In this document: positions 1 to 13,445 of the stretch, in pieces | How positions within the stretch are numbered: the stretch's first letter is position 1 | Layout: every line of letters begins with the position of its first letter | From: Azolla caroliniana | Lineage: Eukaryota > Plantae > Polypodiophyta | Assembly (NCBI GenBank): GCA_043228905.1 | Contig: JBHGNT010000009.1 | Coordinates: forward strand, 17,670,001-17,734,000 | DNA: 64,000 nt | Direction of reading: 5' to 3' | The notes under the pieces: model-generated | Database searches by the model: none | Seen by the model: the letters and a program-made list of their open reading frames with translations, nothing else | What the model was told of the DNA's origin: nothing | Translations under genes and position numbers: made by a program

Positions 1-88
1 GCACCGGTTCACCGACATAACGCTACGGGAGCTCAAGGTCGGTGCAGGTGGCTTTCTACTGCCAGCGGAGGAGGACAGGATTCGGAGA

Positions 89-2962
89 ATGCTCAGAAGG
101 CATGGGAAAGCATTCGCGTTCTCGCCGCGGGAGGTCGGGTGCGTGGACCCGACGATCGTCGAACCGATGGTGATCTTCACGGTAACGCATGTACCGTGGA
201 ATCTCAAACCGATTCCGGTGCCGAGAGCTCACATCCCGAAGTTGATGGAGCTTCTGAAGCAAAGTGTGGAGATGGGCATCCTCGAACCATCGAGCGCCCC
301 GTATTCGAATCGGTGATTTACGGTGCCGAAGAAGAACGGCACGCTGCGCTTCATTCAGGACCTGCAACCGGTCAACAAGGTGACCATCCGTAATGCAGGA
401 ATCGGACCGACCATAGACGAGTTCGCGGAGGCCTTCGCTGGAAGGTCGATCTATTCGGTCGGTGACTTATACTCGGGGTACGACCAGTTCCAGCTAGCCG
501 TGGAGAGCTGCGATATCACAACGATACGAACCCCTCTCGGCCTACCAAAAGGCAGGACGAATTCGGTGGTGCATATGGTGAATGCAATAAACAAGGTGCT
601 GAGGGAATGCATCCCGGACATCACCATGCCATTCTTGGACGACATCCCGATAAAGGGGTGTCCCGTGGATGATGCGGACGAAATTGTTGGGCCGGACGGA
701 TGCCGGAGGTTCGTCGTGAACCACATCGACGACTGCGAGAAGGTGTTGCAAAGGCTCGAAAACGCACGACTCACCTTCTCCGGAGAAAAATCGGCGTTCG
801 GGCAGTTGGAGATCTTGGTGGTTAGACACCTGTGCAGGCCTTACGATAGGAAACTGTCTGCGGCAAAGGTAGAGGCCATCTCCGCGATGAGGAACGATTG
901 CAGGTCAGTCACGGAGGTTCGCAGATTCTTGGGAGCATGCGCGTTCTACCACATTTGGATCCCGCACTACGCGCATGTCGCGGAACCCCTCTACGGACTA
1001 TTGGAAAAAGGGTGTAGCTTTGAGTGGAGGACGGAGCACACGGAGTCGGTCCGACGACTAAAGGAGGCCCGTACGATAGCACCAGCTCTCCGTAAAGTGG
1101 TTTATGGAAAGGGGGTCCCCATCTACGTAACGGTGGACATGAGCTCGACCGGGATCGGGTGGGTGATCAACCAGGAGGACGAGGACGACGCACAGTTCCC
1201 GATCTGGTTCGGGGCGAAGGTATTGAGCAAGCGACAACACGGATATGCCCAAGTCAAGTGCGAACTATGGGGTATTGTTTCAGTAGTCAAGGCCGACCGG
1301 GACTACCTCATCGGGATGGAGGTAACAATCGAGACGGACTACCTGCCGATACTCGGCATGGTTTCCGGATGCGCGACGCCGGATCTCACAATGCTCCGAT
1401 GGATAGCGTACATTAAGTCCCTGAACCCGGAGATACGGCACATCTCCGAAAAGGATAACGCCATGGTCGACATCCTTTCGAGAGCAAGGTTCAACGACGA
1501 AGACGGCATGGTTTTGGATGACGAAGAAGTCGGTGAGGACTTCTTCGGGTCGGCTAATGTGACGACGAGGAAATGGGACACTCCGGCGCATAACGAATTT
1601 GACAAAAGCAGGTACGACAGGGAGTTGCTCCAAATCGCGAGGTTCCTACGGGCGATGACACCGGACGCAGCGTGGACGAGAGAAGAGGCGAGCCGAGTAC
1701 GAAAGAAGGCGTACCGATTCTTCCTACGGGACAGGTGCATATGGAGGCACCCAAAGAAAAGAAACGGCATCCCGCTCTGAGTAGTGGCAAAGAAAGAAGA
1801 ACAGGAGGAACTACTAATAGCATTTCACGAGAGTCCCTGGGCCGGGCACCACGGAACATGGGCCATGTTCGAGAAGCTGAAGGAGAAGTACTGGTGGCCG
1901 GGGCTATACTAGGACGTGCATCGGTTCGTTAAGACTTGCGAAAGCTGTCAGATGCACTCCGTAGTCCATCATCGGGACGAGCTACACCCGACTTACCCGC
2001 CTGCAGTCCATTTCAAGTGGATGGTGGACTTGGTGACGATGCCGATGGGAGCAAGGCAGATGCGATACTTGGTGCTGGCGCGAGAAGACTTAACAAACCA
2101 GGTGGAAGGCCATGCACTGCAGAACAAGACAACCGCGGCGGTATGCCGGTTCCTGATCGAAGAGGTAGTGTGTCGGTACGGGTGCGTCTAGAGGATCGTG
2201 GCGGACCGGGGAGTGCTGGATGTGCGTCAAGCTGAGGAGCTGTTCAACCGACTAGGGGTCAAACTCTCCCTCACTAGGGCGTACAATCCGGAGGCGAACG
2301 GGAAGGTAGAACGTGGGCACGGGCCGATTGTGAAGGCATTGGTGCGTGCATGCGGAGGGCAGGTCGGGAATTGGCCGTGGCTCCTTCCTTACGCACTATG
2401 GGTGGACCGAACTACGCACAGTTAGGTGATAGGGTTTATGCCGGCAGAGTTGATGTACACACAAAAGCCGATCATGCCGATGGAACGGATGGTTTCTTCA
2501 TGGGCGGCGGTAGATTGGAAGGCCGAGATGAGCCAGGAGGAGTTTCTGGCGGCACAGATTGGGCAACTCGAGCGGAGGCCGGAGGACATGAAACGGGCGA
2601 AGGAAGAGCTGCGGGCGGCAAGGGAGCGGAACAAGACCCGGTTCAACGGGACGCACCGGTTGCGACCAAAGAAGTTCGAGGAAGGCGACTGGGTCTTGGT
2701 GTACGACAGCAACCTCGACAATTAGCACAAGGCGGTGCGAAAGTTCGCTAGGAGGTGGTTCGGTCCCTACACGGTGAGGAGCGCGAACGATAATGGCACG
2801 TACCACCTCACAGAACTCGACGTGACACGATTAGCGGTGCCGGTGGCCGGGAAGCGGATCAAAGCGTTAAAGAAGTGGTTCGAATACGAGCAGGAGCCCG
2901 CGAGCGAAAGCGACGACGACGATCAGTTCGGGCTCGGCAGAGAATCGGAGAGCGACGAGTGA
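89..2962 (+). pseudogene. pol: gypsy pol pseudogene (RT, RNase H, integrase) with stops
   Basis: RT motifs DLYSGYDQ and MPFLDD; RNase H VDMS/ELWGIV/ETDYLP/DNAMVDILSR; integrase zinc-finger CESC, KWMVDLV, YNPEANGKVERGH; GPY motif WFGPY. Broken across ORFs 89-316, 323-1780, 1916-2962. Confidence 0.92.
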
Positions 2963-3031
2963 AGCCGGTTTTCTTCGGTGTCTACCCGTCTCTGGCGCAT
3001 GCCGGTGGATGCGCGGTTTGGTGGGGGTGCA

Positions 3032-3713
3032 TGTCGTGAAGAAAACCGGCCATAGGCGGAATCGGAGAAAGAGGCGCATGAACCGGCTCTTACACTGATG
3101 GACGCGTGAATTGATATTTGGGTCGGCTGATGTAAATACTAGGTAGTATACATTTATTAGGGGATTGTGCATATCTCTGTCAAAAGGGACAGGGAATAAA
3201 GCGGTTTGACTAGGGAGAAAATGGGCACCCCCTTTCGGGGAACTATTTAAGGAGGAAGAGAAGGAAGAAACAAGGATATTGGGCGTTGGCGAGGACGATG
3301 TGCTGCTGCAGAACTAAGTGTCGCGCTCTCTCTTCTCCTCCGATCGTCGGTCTCTGTGGGGTCGGGAGTTCGCTGCCTCTACTTCGTGGACAGCCCGTGC
3401 GCTTCCAACAGAGGCTCTCCCCTTTTTGTTTCTTTGAGTCGAGTGTGTTCTATCTGTGTGCGTGAGTAGGATCCCCACGCCGGGTCCATCGACGCCTTGC
3501 CGGTTGTAATCGTCAGAGTTTGCAATCTCTAGATATTGTAATCAAATCTTACTGTAATTAAGTGTGCCGTTTGTTTCTCTTTCCTTCTCCTTGTTGCTTA
3601 TCTACAAGACTTCTCTTCTCTTCTCTTTTCTTTCTCTCTCTCTCTCTCGCTCCTCGGTTCAAGGCCCCCGTGGTCCTGCCTCTTTCTACACGCACGCGCG
3701 TAACAACGCGACA
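3032..3713 (+). repeat. 3' LTR of gypsy element (682 bp)
   Basis: TG...CA ends with imperfect terminal inverted repeat TGTCGTG/CGCGACA; preceded by GGTGGGGGTGCA; TATTTAA near 3244. Confidence 0.85.
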
Positions 3714-3801
3714 ACGTGAGCAAAGGTCTACTCGACGTAGTCCATTCCGACTTATGGGAACAGGCGCAGACGGCTACATTCGGCGGATGCCGATATTACG
3801 T

Positions 3802-4505
3802 TGTCGTGAAGATTTTCGCCCACAAGCGGAAACCCGAGCAACGAGAGCCAAAGAGCGATGTGTAACGTTGCACACATACATAATGTATTTGTAATAGTAA
3901 TAAGGGTAAAGGGTATGGTGCTAGAAATGCCCCATATGATCCCTAAGGTATAAAGGTGATGTGGTCTTGTGCGCACATCAACGCGAGAGAGAGAGAGAGG
4001 TACTATGTGGCACATAGGTACCTAGTTGTTTGTGAGGAGGTGGGAGTTAAGGGGGCCATCAATCTCACCCTCCCCAAATCAAGGCAAATATCCCCTTTGA
4101 ATGAAAGGGGATATTTTAGTCTCACTTTTGTAAACAGTCTTCCCTCCTTGTGCTATAAAAGGAGAGGGAAGGCACCAATGTGGGGGTTTCCTATTTTGAG
4201 TGTGCGAGGTATACCACATAGGTCGAGCGTTAGGGTTAGGGTTAGGGCTTCTTTATCTTTATCTTCATCTTCGTCGGTTAGGGTTTCGAGTAGTCGTTTG
4301 GTGCGGCCTATGCGGCCACCATTTTGTAATCGTTCATTTCGTTTTAATACATCTTGTTGATCATCTTGCCTCTATCTTCCTCTTGTTCATTCTTCTTCTT
4401 CTTGAGCAAACCTTCCATTCCATGTCTGATTCCTTCTCCTCTACTCCTTAGTCCAAGACCCCCGTGGTCCCGCCCTTCTCCATGCACGCGCGTAGCAACA
4501 CGACA
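3802..4505 (+). mobile_element. Solo LTR of the gypsy lineage (704 bp) inserted in copia integrase
   Basis: Ends TGTCGTG...CACGACA; flanks ACGT (3798-3801) and ATGT (4506-4509). Removing it restores TATTACGTGCTCTTC as in the uninterrupted copia at ~33750. Confidence 0.88.
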
Positions 4506-5088
4506 ATGTGCTCTTCATCAACGACTTTTCAAGGCACACTTGGATCTATCCGATGTGGGAAAAGAGTGAAATGTTCAAACACTTCCAAACATTCAAGAAT
4601 GAAGTTGAGAAAACCACGGGCCGACATGTACGATGTCTCCGATCAAATGGCGGCAAGGAGTACTTCTCAGACGATTTCACTGCGTATCTCTAAAAGGAAG
4701 GAATTCGACGAGAATTCACTTGCTGACACACTCCGCAACAAAACGGAGTAGCCGAGTGAAAAAATCGCACATCCTTGAAGTAGCGCGGGCCATGATGAAC
4801 GAAAGCATATGCCCAAGTCATATTGGGCTAAAGCTACAAATACGGCCGACTACCTAATGAACCGGTGCACTTGACCCGAAGTCGGAGAAATGTATCCTCG
4901 TAGGATACTCACTTGAGCAAAAGGGGTACAAGTGCTACAACCACTTAACTCGAAAATCTCGAGTAAGTCGAGACGTCGTTTTTGACGAGTCCGCATCCTG
5001 GTATGCACCAGAGACAACTCTGACTCCGACTCCGCTCGACCCGGAATCCGCCGAACAAGAGATAGAGGATGAAGATCTCCTTACGCGC

Positions 5089-7032
5089 ATGTTCGAAGAA
5101 AGTCCGATCACGACCCGACTAAGCGGACCACAAAAGCCTTTCAGCGATCAAAGCACATCACGGCCTAGCTCGAAGATGGACAAAGGCAAGGCGAAAATGT
5201 CAGAATACGAAGACGATCGCTTCGGTGACGATGACTCGACTCACTCACTCGACAGTGAGTTCTGCGGCTTCGATGTACCAATCAGAGCTAAGAAATCCCT
5301 CATCTCTACAAATGAAAAGCTTTGCCGATCCACTCGTGAAAAGAACCACGTAAGTCGTTTCGGCTACAACAATTATATGGCGTATCATTACGCCTTTATG
5401 ATGAAGGTAGCGACAGTACGGGAGCCGGAAACCTTTTCCGAAGCCGTGAAGGACCCACGATGGATCGATCCAATGAACGAGGAGATGCAGGCACTACGGA
5501 AGAACGAGACGTGGGATCTCATTCCCACCTCACCACACAAAAAGGCGATCGGATGCAGATGGATTTACAAAGTGAAATACAACGCCGACAGTTCCTTCAA
5601 CCGCTACAAAGCGCGACTCGTAGCGAAAGGCTACGCACAAACGCACGGAGTTGACTACGAAGAGACCTTTGCCCCAGTGGCAAAGATGACATTGGTACGA
5701 ACTGTAATTGCACTTGCCGCGGCGAAAGGGTGGCACCTCCATCAAATGGACATCAAGAACGCCTTTCTACAAGGTGAATTAGAAGAGGTGTACATGATCC
5801 AACCACCCGGCTTCAACTCGAGCACCTATCCGGAAGTTGTTTGCCGACTCAAGAAGACACTCTACGGCCTCAAGTAAGCACCGCGTGCTTGGCATTCGAA
5901 TATAACGCAATATCTTCATCAAATCGGCTTCCATATTTCAAAATCAGACAACTCCCTCTACATACGAAGCGATTCCGCAAGTCTGATCGTCATCATCTTA
6001 TATGTGGATGACCTAGTCATTGGAGGTGAGCATCTCGTCGAAATCAATAAGGTCAAATCGCTCCTTTCCGACAAGTTCGAGATGATGGACATGAAGGAAC
6101 TCCACTACTTCCACGGCATCGAGGTAATTCGGACTCCAGCCGGAATCATGATTTCTCAACGGCACTACATCCTAAACTTGTTATACAAGTTCGGTATGGC
6201 TAAGTGCAAATCCGTGGCAAACCCGTTCGATCGTAATCTCAAACTAGATGCGGAACCCGGCACCAAAGCGTGTGAGCCAACTCAGTATCGGCAACTCATC
6301 GGGATTCTCATCTACCTCACGATCACGCGACCCGATCTCAGTTATCCGGTCCGTCTCCTTAGTCAATTCATGCAAACACCGCGTGATACTCACTTGGATT
6401 GCGCTAAGCGAATTCTACGATATGTCAGTGGCACAATAGATTGCGGCATCCTCTACAAGACCGCGATGCCCATACGACTCGAGGGGTACACAGAAGCCGA
6501 TTGGACCGGCTACAAAGCTGATAGAAGATCAACCTCCGTATTTGGTTTCTCCCTCGGCAACAGAGCAATATCCTGGAGTAGCAAGAAGCAGCCTACCGTC
6601 GCTCTTTCGAGTACGGAGGCAGAATACCGAAGCGCAACCGTAGCTGTATGTGAAGTCGTATGGCTCAAAAGGATACTGAAGGATCTGGGTGTACCCATCA
6701 AGGATCCGACTTCCCTTTACTGCGACAACATGAGCAGTATCTATTTGGTTCGGAACCCAGTGTTCCACGCGCGGACAAAGCACATCGAAGTGCACTATCA
6801 CTTCATCCGAGAGCGCATTCTAGGTGGCGATGTCGACCTACAACACATTAGGACGAATCTTCAAACGGTCGATATCTTCACTAAAGCCTTGGGAGCCGAC
6901 AAGCTATTGCAATTCATGACCGATCTCGGATTGACAATCCCTGACCTGCCAAGCTTGAGGGGGAGTACTGAAGACATTACGCATTACTGCGTGGATTCCG
7001 CAAAACCGCACACACTACGCAAGAACGCCTGA
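5089..7032 (+). pseudogene. pol: copia RT/RNase H pseudogene (in-frame TAA at 5875-5877)
   Basis: ORFs 5089-5877 and 6004-7032 carry canonical copia RT and RNase H motifs. Confidence 0.92.
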
Positions 7033-7254
7033 ATTACGCAACCACGCAACGAAGCTGTGAAGAGCCGATCTACCGCGCAAAGCCGTTAAAAAAGACGAAA
7101 GCTGAGGCACAGACTTCGCAACTACGCACAACACAAGCTGCAGCACGGATTCCGCAACTTCGCATAAATCCGAGTCAACGCGAACTCCGGAACACGAGTC
7201 GAAGCAGATTTTGGATACTTTCTAAAACCGACCCTACTTGAGCTTCAGGGGGCG

Positions 7255-7633
7255 TGTTGAGACTCAAGTTCAACTTGGTTTAGTGTGTGAACTCACCTTG
7301 AGAGTGAATAGACAATCCAAAGGTCAAGAGTCACCTCTTTGAATTCTAGCATTTAGTATTAGTCATATGATTCTATGACCAATAACATATGAGCTTTGAC
7401 ATTCCCCATGCTCCATGACTCTTGTAGTTAATGAAGAGAGAGGGTGACTATATAAAGCACCCTCCTCCCACCTTGTATTGTGTTGAGTCTTTCTCCTTTG
7501 TTAATATACTCTTACCTTGCATATTCACTATGTCTTATTCCTTGTCTCTCTCTCACTCTCTCTCTCTCTCTCATACACACACATAACTCATATCTCTTCC
7601 ACTTCACAAGAATCCATCTCTTGATTCCTTACA
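7255..7633 (+). repeat. copia 3' LTR
   Basis: TGTTGA...CCTTACA; homologous to the LTRs at 41415-41812 and 43224-43617. Confidence 0.9.
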
Positions 7634-8300
7634 TCGGGAAACAAACCCGGGTCTGTACCATCACAGGGTGTTATTGTACCATTAGACCACCGATGCACAC
7701 ATGTTCTCAATTACATATTTTACCCATAGACCCATTCATCAATCTAATATATTAGAACTATGCACAACCTATTTACATTGTCACTTCGATCAAAGGTTGA
7801 GGGATGCAATTTATTTGCGGTTTGCATCATTTCATTTGCCAAGGATAAAACCCGAGTCTATAGAATAAGAGAGATGTATTACTCCACTAAAGCACCAATG
7901 AATATGGTGTTGGTTAAAATAGTTTCTCACCTACGGAGAATAGTAATCTAATTTCTTGATGGCCAAACTATTTATCCTTGAAATATATAGTGCACATGTT
8001 TGGATCAATTCGTTTGCCGAGGACAAAACCCGAGTCTATAGAATCAGAGGGATCTATTACTCCACTATAGTACCAATGAATGTTTTGTTGGTTAAATAGT
8101 TTCACACCTACGGAGAATATTATTCTAACTTTTTGATGGCCAAATTATTTATCCTTGACCTTCTCTATCTTATTCCACCAAGCAATAACAACCACTTATG
8201 TAATCCACTATATGTGGTCTCTCAATTAGTGAAAATGCCTCAAATCCTATATCCGGGAATGACATGTCGGCACATAGTGATATGCACATGTTTTGATTCA

Positions 8301-8371
8301 TGCATTGGCCGGGAATTGAACCCGGGTCTGTACCGTGGCGGGGTACTATTCTACCAATAGACCACCAATGT
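8301..8371 (-). tRNA. tRNA-Gly-GCC: tRNA-Gly(GCC), probably a pseudogene
   Basis: Matches plant tRNA-Gly-GCC but has G1>A, a D-loop change and U33>C. Confidence 0.6.
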
Positions 8372-9325
8372 ACACATAGTGTTCTTAATGCATAGTGTAC
8401 CAATAGACCTATTTATGAATTTAATCTTTTTAAACTATGCACATCTTATTAACATCGTGCATTCGGTACCAGCTTGTGCGATGCAATTTTATTTTGTGAG
8501 ATATAGTTCACGTGTTTGGATCGGTTCATTGGCCGGCGACGAAACCAAGGTTTGTAGAATGGGAGGGATCTATTCTTCCACTAAAGAACCATACCGTGTG
8601 GTATTAGTTAACTCGTTTCTAACGTGCAAAGAATATTATTCTAAATTTCTAACGGCCAAACCATTTTTCGTTGACTTTCTCTATCTCATTCTAACAAGAA
8701 ACAACAAGCACTTATGTAATCCACTATATGTAGTCTCTCAATTGGCAAAGTTGTCTCAAATACTATATGAGGGAATGACATGTTGCCACAAAGTGATATG
8801 CACATGTTTGGATTCATACATTGGCCGGCAAACAAACACGGGTCTCTACCATCGCTGGGTGCTATTCTACCACTAGACCACAAAATCATCTCAATTACAT
8901 ATTTTACCCATAGACCCATTCATCAATCTAATATTTTTGTATTATGCACAATCTATTTACATTGTCTGTTGGATCGAAGGTTCTGGGATGCAATTTATTT
9001 GCGTGAAATATATAGTGCACATGTTTGGATCAATTCGTCTGCCGAGGACAAAACCCGAGTCTATAGAATCAGAGGGATCTATTACTCCACTATAGTACCA
9101 ATGAATGTTTTGTTGGTTAAATAGTTACACACCTACGGAGAATATTATTCTAACTTTTTGATGGCCAAACTATTTATCCTTGACCTTCTCTATCTTATTC
9201 CACCAAGAAATAACAACGACTTATGTAATCCACTATATATGGTCTCTCAATTGATAAAAATGCCTCAAATCCTATATCCTGGAATGACATGTCGGCACAA
9301 AGTGATATGCACATGTTTTCATTCA

Positions 9326-9396
9326 TGCAGTGGCCGGGAATTGAACCCGGGTCTGTACCGTGGCAAGGTACTATTCTACCACTAGACCACCAATGC
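9326..9396 (-). tRNA. tRNA-Gly-GCC: tRNA-Gly(GCC), acceptor-stem mismatch
   Basis: GCATTGGTGGTCTAGTGGTAGAATAGTACCTTGCCACGGTAC...GGTTCAATTCCCGGCCACTGCA. Confidence 0.7.
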
Positions 9397-10367
9397 ACAC
9401 ATAGTGTTCTCAAGTGCATAGTGTACCAATAGACCTATTTATGAATTTAATCTTTTTAAACTATGCACATCTTATTTACATCGTGCATTCGGTAGTAGCT
9501 TGTGCCATGCAATTTTCTTTGGTGAGATATAGTTCACCTATTTGGATGGGTTCATTAGCCATCAACGAAACCCAGGTTCGTAGAATTGGAGGGATCTATT
9601 CTTCCACTAAAGAACCATACCGTGTGGTATTAGTTAACTCGTTTCTAACGTGCAAAGAATATTATTCTAAATTTCTAACGGCCAAACCATTTTTCGTTGA
9701 CTTTCTCTATCTCATTCTAACAAGAAACAACAAGCACTTATGTAATCCACTATATGTAGTCTCTCAATTGGCAAAGTTGTCTCAAATACTATATGAGGGA
9801 ATGACATGTTGCCACAAAGTGATATGCACATGTTTGGATATGCACATGTTTGGATTCATACATTGGCCGGCAAACAAACACGGGTCTCTACCATCGCTGG
9901 GTCCTATTCTACCACTAGACCACAAAATCATCTCAATTACATATTTTACCCATAGACCCATTCATCAATCTAATATTTTTGTATTATGCATAATTTATTT
10001 ACATTGTCTGTTGGATCGAAGGTTCTGGGATGCAATTTATTTGCGTGAAATATATAGTGCACATGTTTGGATCAATTCGTCTGCCGAGGACAAAACCCGA
10101 GTCTATAGAATCAGAGGGATCTATTACTCCACTATAGTACCAATGAATGTTTTGTTGGTTAAATAGTTTCACACCTACGGAGAATATTATTCTACCTTTT
10201 TGATGGCCAAACTATTTATCCTTGACCTTCTCTATCTTATTCCACCAAGAAATAACAACGACTTATGTAATCCACTATATATGGTCTCTCAATTGATAAA
10301 AATGCCTCAAATCCTATATCCGGGAATGACATGTCGGCACAAAGTGATATGCACATGTTTTGATTCA

Positions 10368-10438
10368 TGCAGTGGCCGGGAATTGAACCCGGGTCTGTAC
10401 CATGGCAGGGTACTATTCTACCACTAGACCACCAATGC
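10368..10438 (-). tRNA. tRNA-Gly-GCC: tRNA-Gly(GCC), acceptor-stem mismatch
   Basis: A and B boxes and anticodon stem intact; 3' acceptor strand reads CCACTGC. Confidence 0.7.
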
Positions 10439-11393
10439 ACACATAGTGTTCTCAAGTGAATAGTGTACCAATAGACCTATTTATGAATTTAATCTTTTTA
10501 AACTATGCGCATCTTATTTACATCGTGCATTCGGTAGTAGCTTGTGCCATGCAATTTTCTTTCGTGAGATATAGTTCACCTATTTGGATGGGTTCATTGG
10601 CCATCAACGAAACCCAGGTTCGTAGAATGGGAGGGATCTATTCTTCCACTAAAGAACCATACCGTGTGGTATTAGTTAACTCGTTTCTAACGTGCAAAGA
10701 ATATTATTCTAAATTTCTAACGGCCAAACCATTTTTCGTTGACTTTCTCTATCTCATTCTAACAAGAAACAACAAGCACTTATGTAATCCACTATATGTA
10801 GTCTCTCAATTGGCAAAGTTGTCTCAAATACTATATGAGGGAATGACATGTTGCCACAAAGTGATATGCACATGTTTGGATTCATACATTGGCCGGCAAA
10901 CAAACACGGGTCTCTACCATCGCTGGGTGCTATTCTACCACTAGACCACAAAATCATCTCAATTACATATTTTACCCATAGACCCATTCATCAATCTAAT
11001 ATTTTTGTATTATGCATAATCTATTTACATTGTCTGTTGGATCGAAGGTTCTGGGATGCAATTTATTTGCGTGAAATATATAGTGCACATGTTTGGATCA
11101 ATTCGTCTGCCGAGGACAAAACCCGAGTCTATAGAATCAGAGGGATCTATTACTCCACTATAGTACCAATGAATGTTTTGTTGGTTAAATAGTTTCACAC
11201 CTACGGAGAATATTATTCTAACTTTTTGATGGCCAAACTATTTATCCTTGACCTTCTCTATCTTATTCCACCAAGCAATAACAACCACTTATGTAATCCA
11301 CTATATGTGGTCTCTCAATTGGTAAAAATGCCTCAAATCCTATATCCGGGAATGACATGTCGGCACAAAGTGATATGCACATGTTTTGATTCA

Positions 11394-11464
11394 TGCATTG
11401 GCCAGGAATTGAACCCGGGTCTGTACCGTGGCAGGGTACTATTCTACCACTAGACCACCAATGC
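11394..11464 (-). tRNA. tRNA-Gly-GCC: tRNA-Gly(GCC), apparently intact
   Basis: Full cloverleaf with one G-U pair in the T stem; T5 run 65 nt downstream (11324-11328). Confidence 0.85.
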
Positions 11465-12419
11465 ACACATAGTGTTCTCAAGTGCATAGTTTACCAATAG
11501 ACCCATTTATGAATTTAATCTTTTTGAACTATGCACATCTTATTTACATCGTGCATTCGGTAGTAGCTTGTGCCATGCAATTTTCTTTCGTGAGATATAG
11601 TTCACCTATTTGGATGGGTTCATTGGCCATCAACGAAACCCAGGTTCGTAGAATGGGAGGGATCTATTCTTCCACTAAAGAACCATACCGTGTGGTATTA
11701 GTTAACTCTTTTCTAACGTGCAAAGAATATTATTCTAAATTTCTAACGGCCAAACCATTTTTCGTTGACTTTCTCTATCTCATTCTAACAAGAAACAACA
11801 AGCACTTATGTAATCCACTATATGTAGTCTCTCAATTGGCAAAGTTGTCTCAAATACTATATGAGGGAATGACATGTTTCCACAAAGTGATATGCACATG
11901 TTTGGATTCATACATTGGCCGGCAAACAAACACGGGTCTCTACCATCGCTGGGTGCTATTCTACCACTAGACCACAAAATCATCTCAATTACATATTTTA
12001 CCCATAGACCCATTCATCAATCTAATATTTTTGTATTATGCACAATCTATTTACATTGTCTGTTGGATCGAAGGTTCTGGGATGCAATTTATTTGCGTGA
12101 AATATATAGTGCACATGTTTGGATCAATTCGTCTGCCGAGGACAAAACCCGACTCTATAGAATCAGAGGGATCTATTACTCCACTATAGTACCAATGAAT
12201 GTTTTGTTGGTTAAATAGTTTCACACCTACAGAGAATATTATTCTAACTTTTTGATGGCCAAACTATTTATCCTTGACCTTCTCTATCTTATTCCACCAA
12301 GAAATAACAACGACTTATGTAATCCACTATATATGGTCTCTCAATTGATAAAAATGCCTCAAATCCTATATCCGGGAATGACATGTCGGCACAAAGTGAT
12401 ATGCACATGTTTTGATTCA

Positions 12420-12490
12420 TGCATTGGCCAGGAATTGAACCCGGGTCTGTACCGTGGTAGGGTACTATTCTACCACTAGACCACCAATGC
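12420..12490 (-). tRNA. tRNA-Gly-ACC: tRNA-Gly variant with ACC anticodon
   Basis: Identical to the copy at 11394 except that the plus strand reads GGT at 12456-12458. Confidence 0.75.
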
Positions 12491-13445
12491 ACACATAGTA
12501 TTCTCAAGTGCATAGTTTACCCATAGACCCATTTATGAATTTAATCTTTTTGAACTATGCACATCTTATTTACATCGTGCATTCGGTAGTAGCTTGTGCC
12601 ATGCAATTTTCTTTCGTGAGATATAGTTCACCTATTTGGATGGGTTCATTGGCCATCAACGAAACCCAGGTTCGTAGAATGGGAGGGATCTATTCTTCCA
12701 CTAAAGAACCATACCGTGTGGTATTAGTTAACTCTTTTCTAACGTGCAAAGAATATTATTCTAAATTTCTAACGGCCAAACCATTTTTCGTTGACTTTCT
12801 CTATCTCATTCTAACAAGAAACAACAAGCACTTATGTAATCCACTATATGTAGTCTCTCAATTGGCAAAGTTGTCTCAAATACTATATGAGGGAATGACA
12901 TGTTGCCACAAAGTGATATGCACATGTTTGGATTCATACATTGGCCGGCAAACAAACACGGGTCTCTACCATCGCTGGGTGCTATTCTACCACTAGACCA
13001 CAAAATCATCTCAATTACATATTTTACCCATAGACCCATTCATCAATCTAATATTTTTGTATTATGCACAATCTATTTACATTGTTTGTTGGATCGAAGG
13101 TTCTGGGATGCAATTTATTTGCGTGAAATATATAGTGCACATGTTTGGATCAATTCGTCTGCCGAGGACAAAACCCGAGTCTATAGAATCAGAGGGATCT
13201 ATTACTCCACTATAGTACCAATGAATGTTTTGTTGGTTAAATAGTTTCACACCTACAGAGAATATTATTCTAACTTTTTGATGGCCAAACTATTTATCCT
13301 TGACCTTCTCTATCTTATTCCACCAAGAAATAACAACGACTTATGTAATCCACTATATATGGTCTCTCAATTGATAAAAATGCCTCAAATCCTGTATCCG
13401 GGAATGACATGTCGGCACAAAGTGATATGCACATGTTTTGATTCA

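Larger units (their letters stand above)
1..3713 (+). mobile_element. Ty3/gypsy LTR retrotransposon (non-chromovirus), 3' part; runs off the left edge of the window
   Basis: RT-RNaseH-INT order, purine-rich tract before 3032, and 3' LTR TGTCGTG...CGCGACA. It is followed directly by copia integrase sequence starting ACGT. Confidence 0.93.
3714..7633 (+). mobile_element. Ty1/copia retrotransposon copy 1 (INT-RT-RH plus 3' LTR), interrupted by two gypsy insertions
   Basis: Integrase DDFSRHTWIY...LRSNGGKEY; [25 protein letters not shown]; RNase H EAEY, ARTKHIEVHYHF. 3' LTR 7255-7633 follows the tract AGGGGGCG. Confidence 0.93.

Noticed and set aside
4230-4247. (TTAGGG)3, plus similar motifs at ~25544 and ~27996, as interstitial telomere
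   Set aside because: Only two to three units, all inside LTRs; better explained as telo-box-like LTR motifs.
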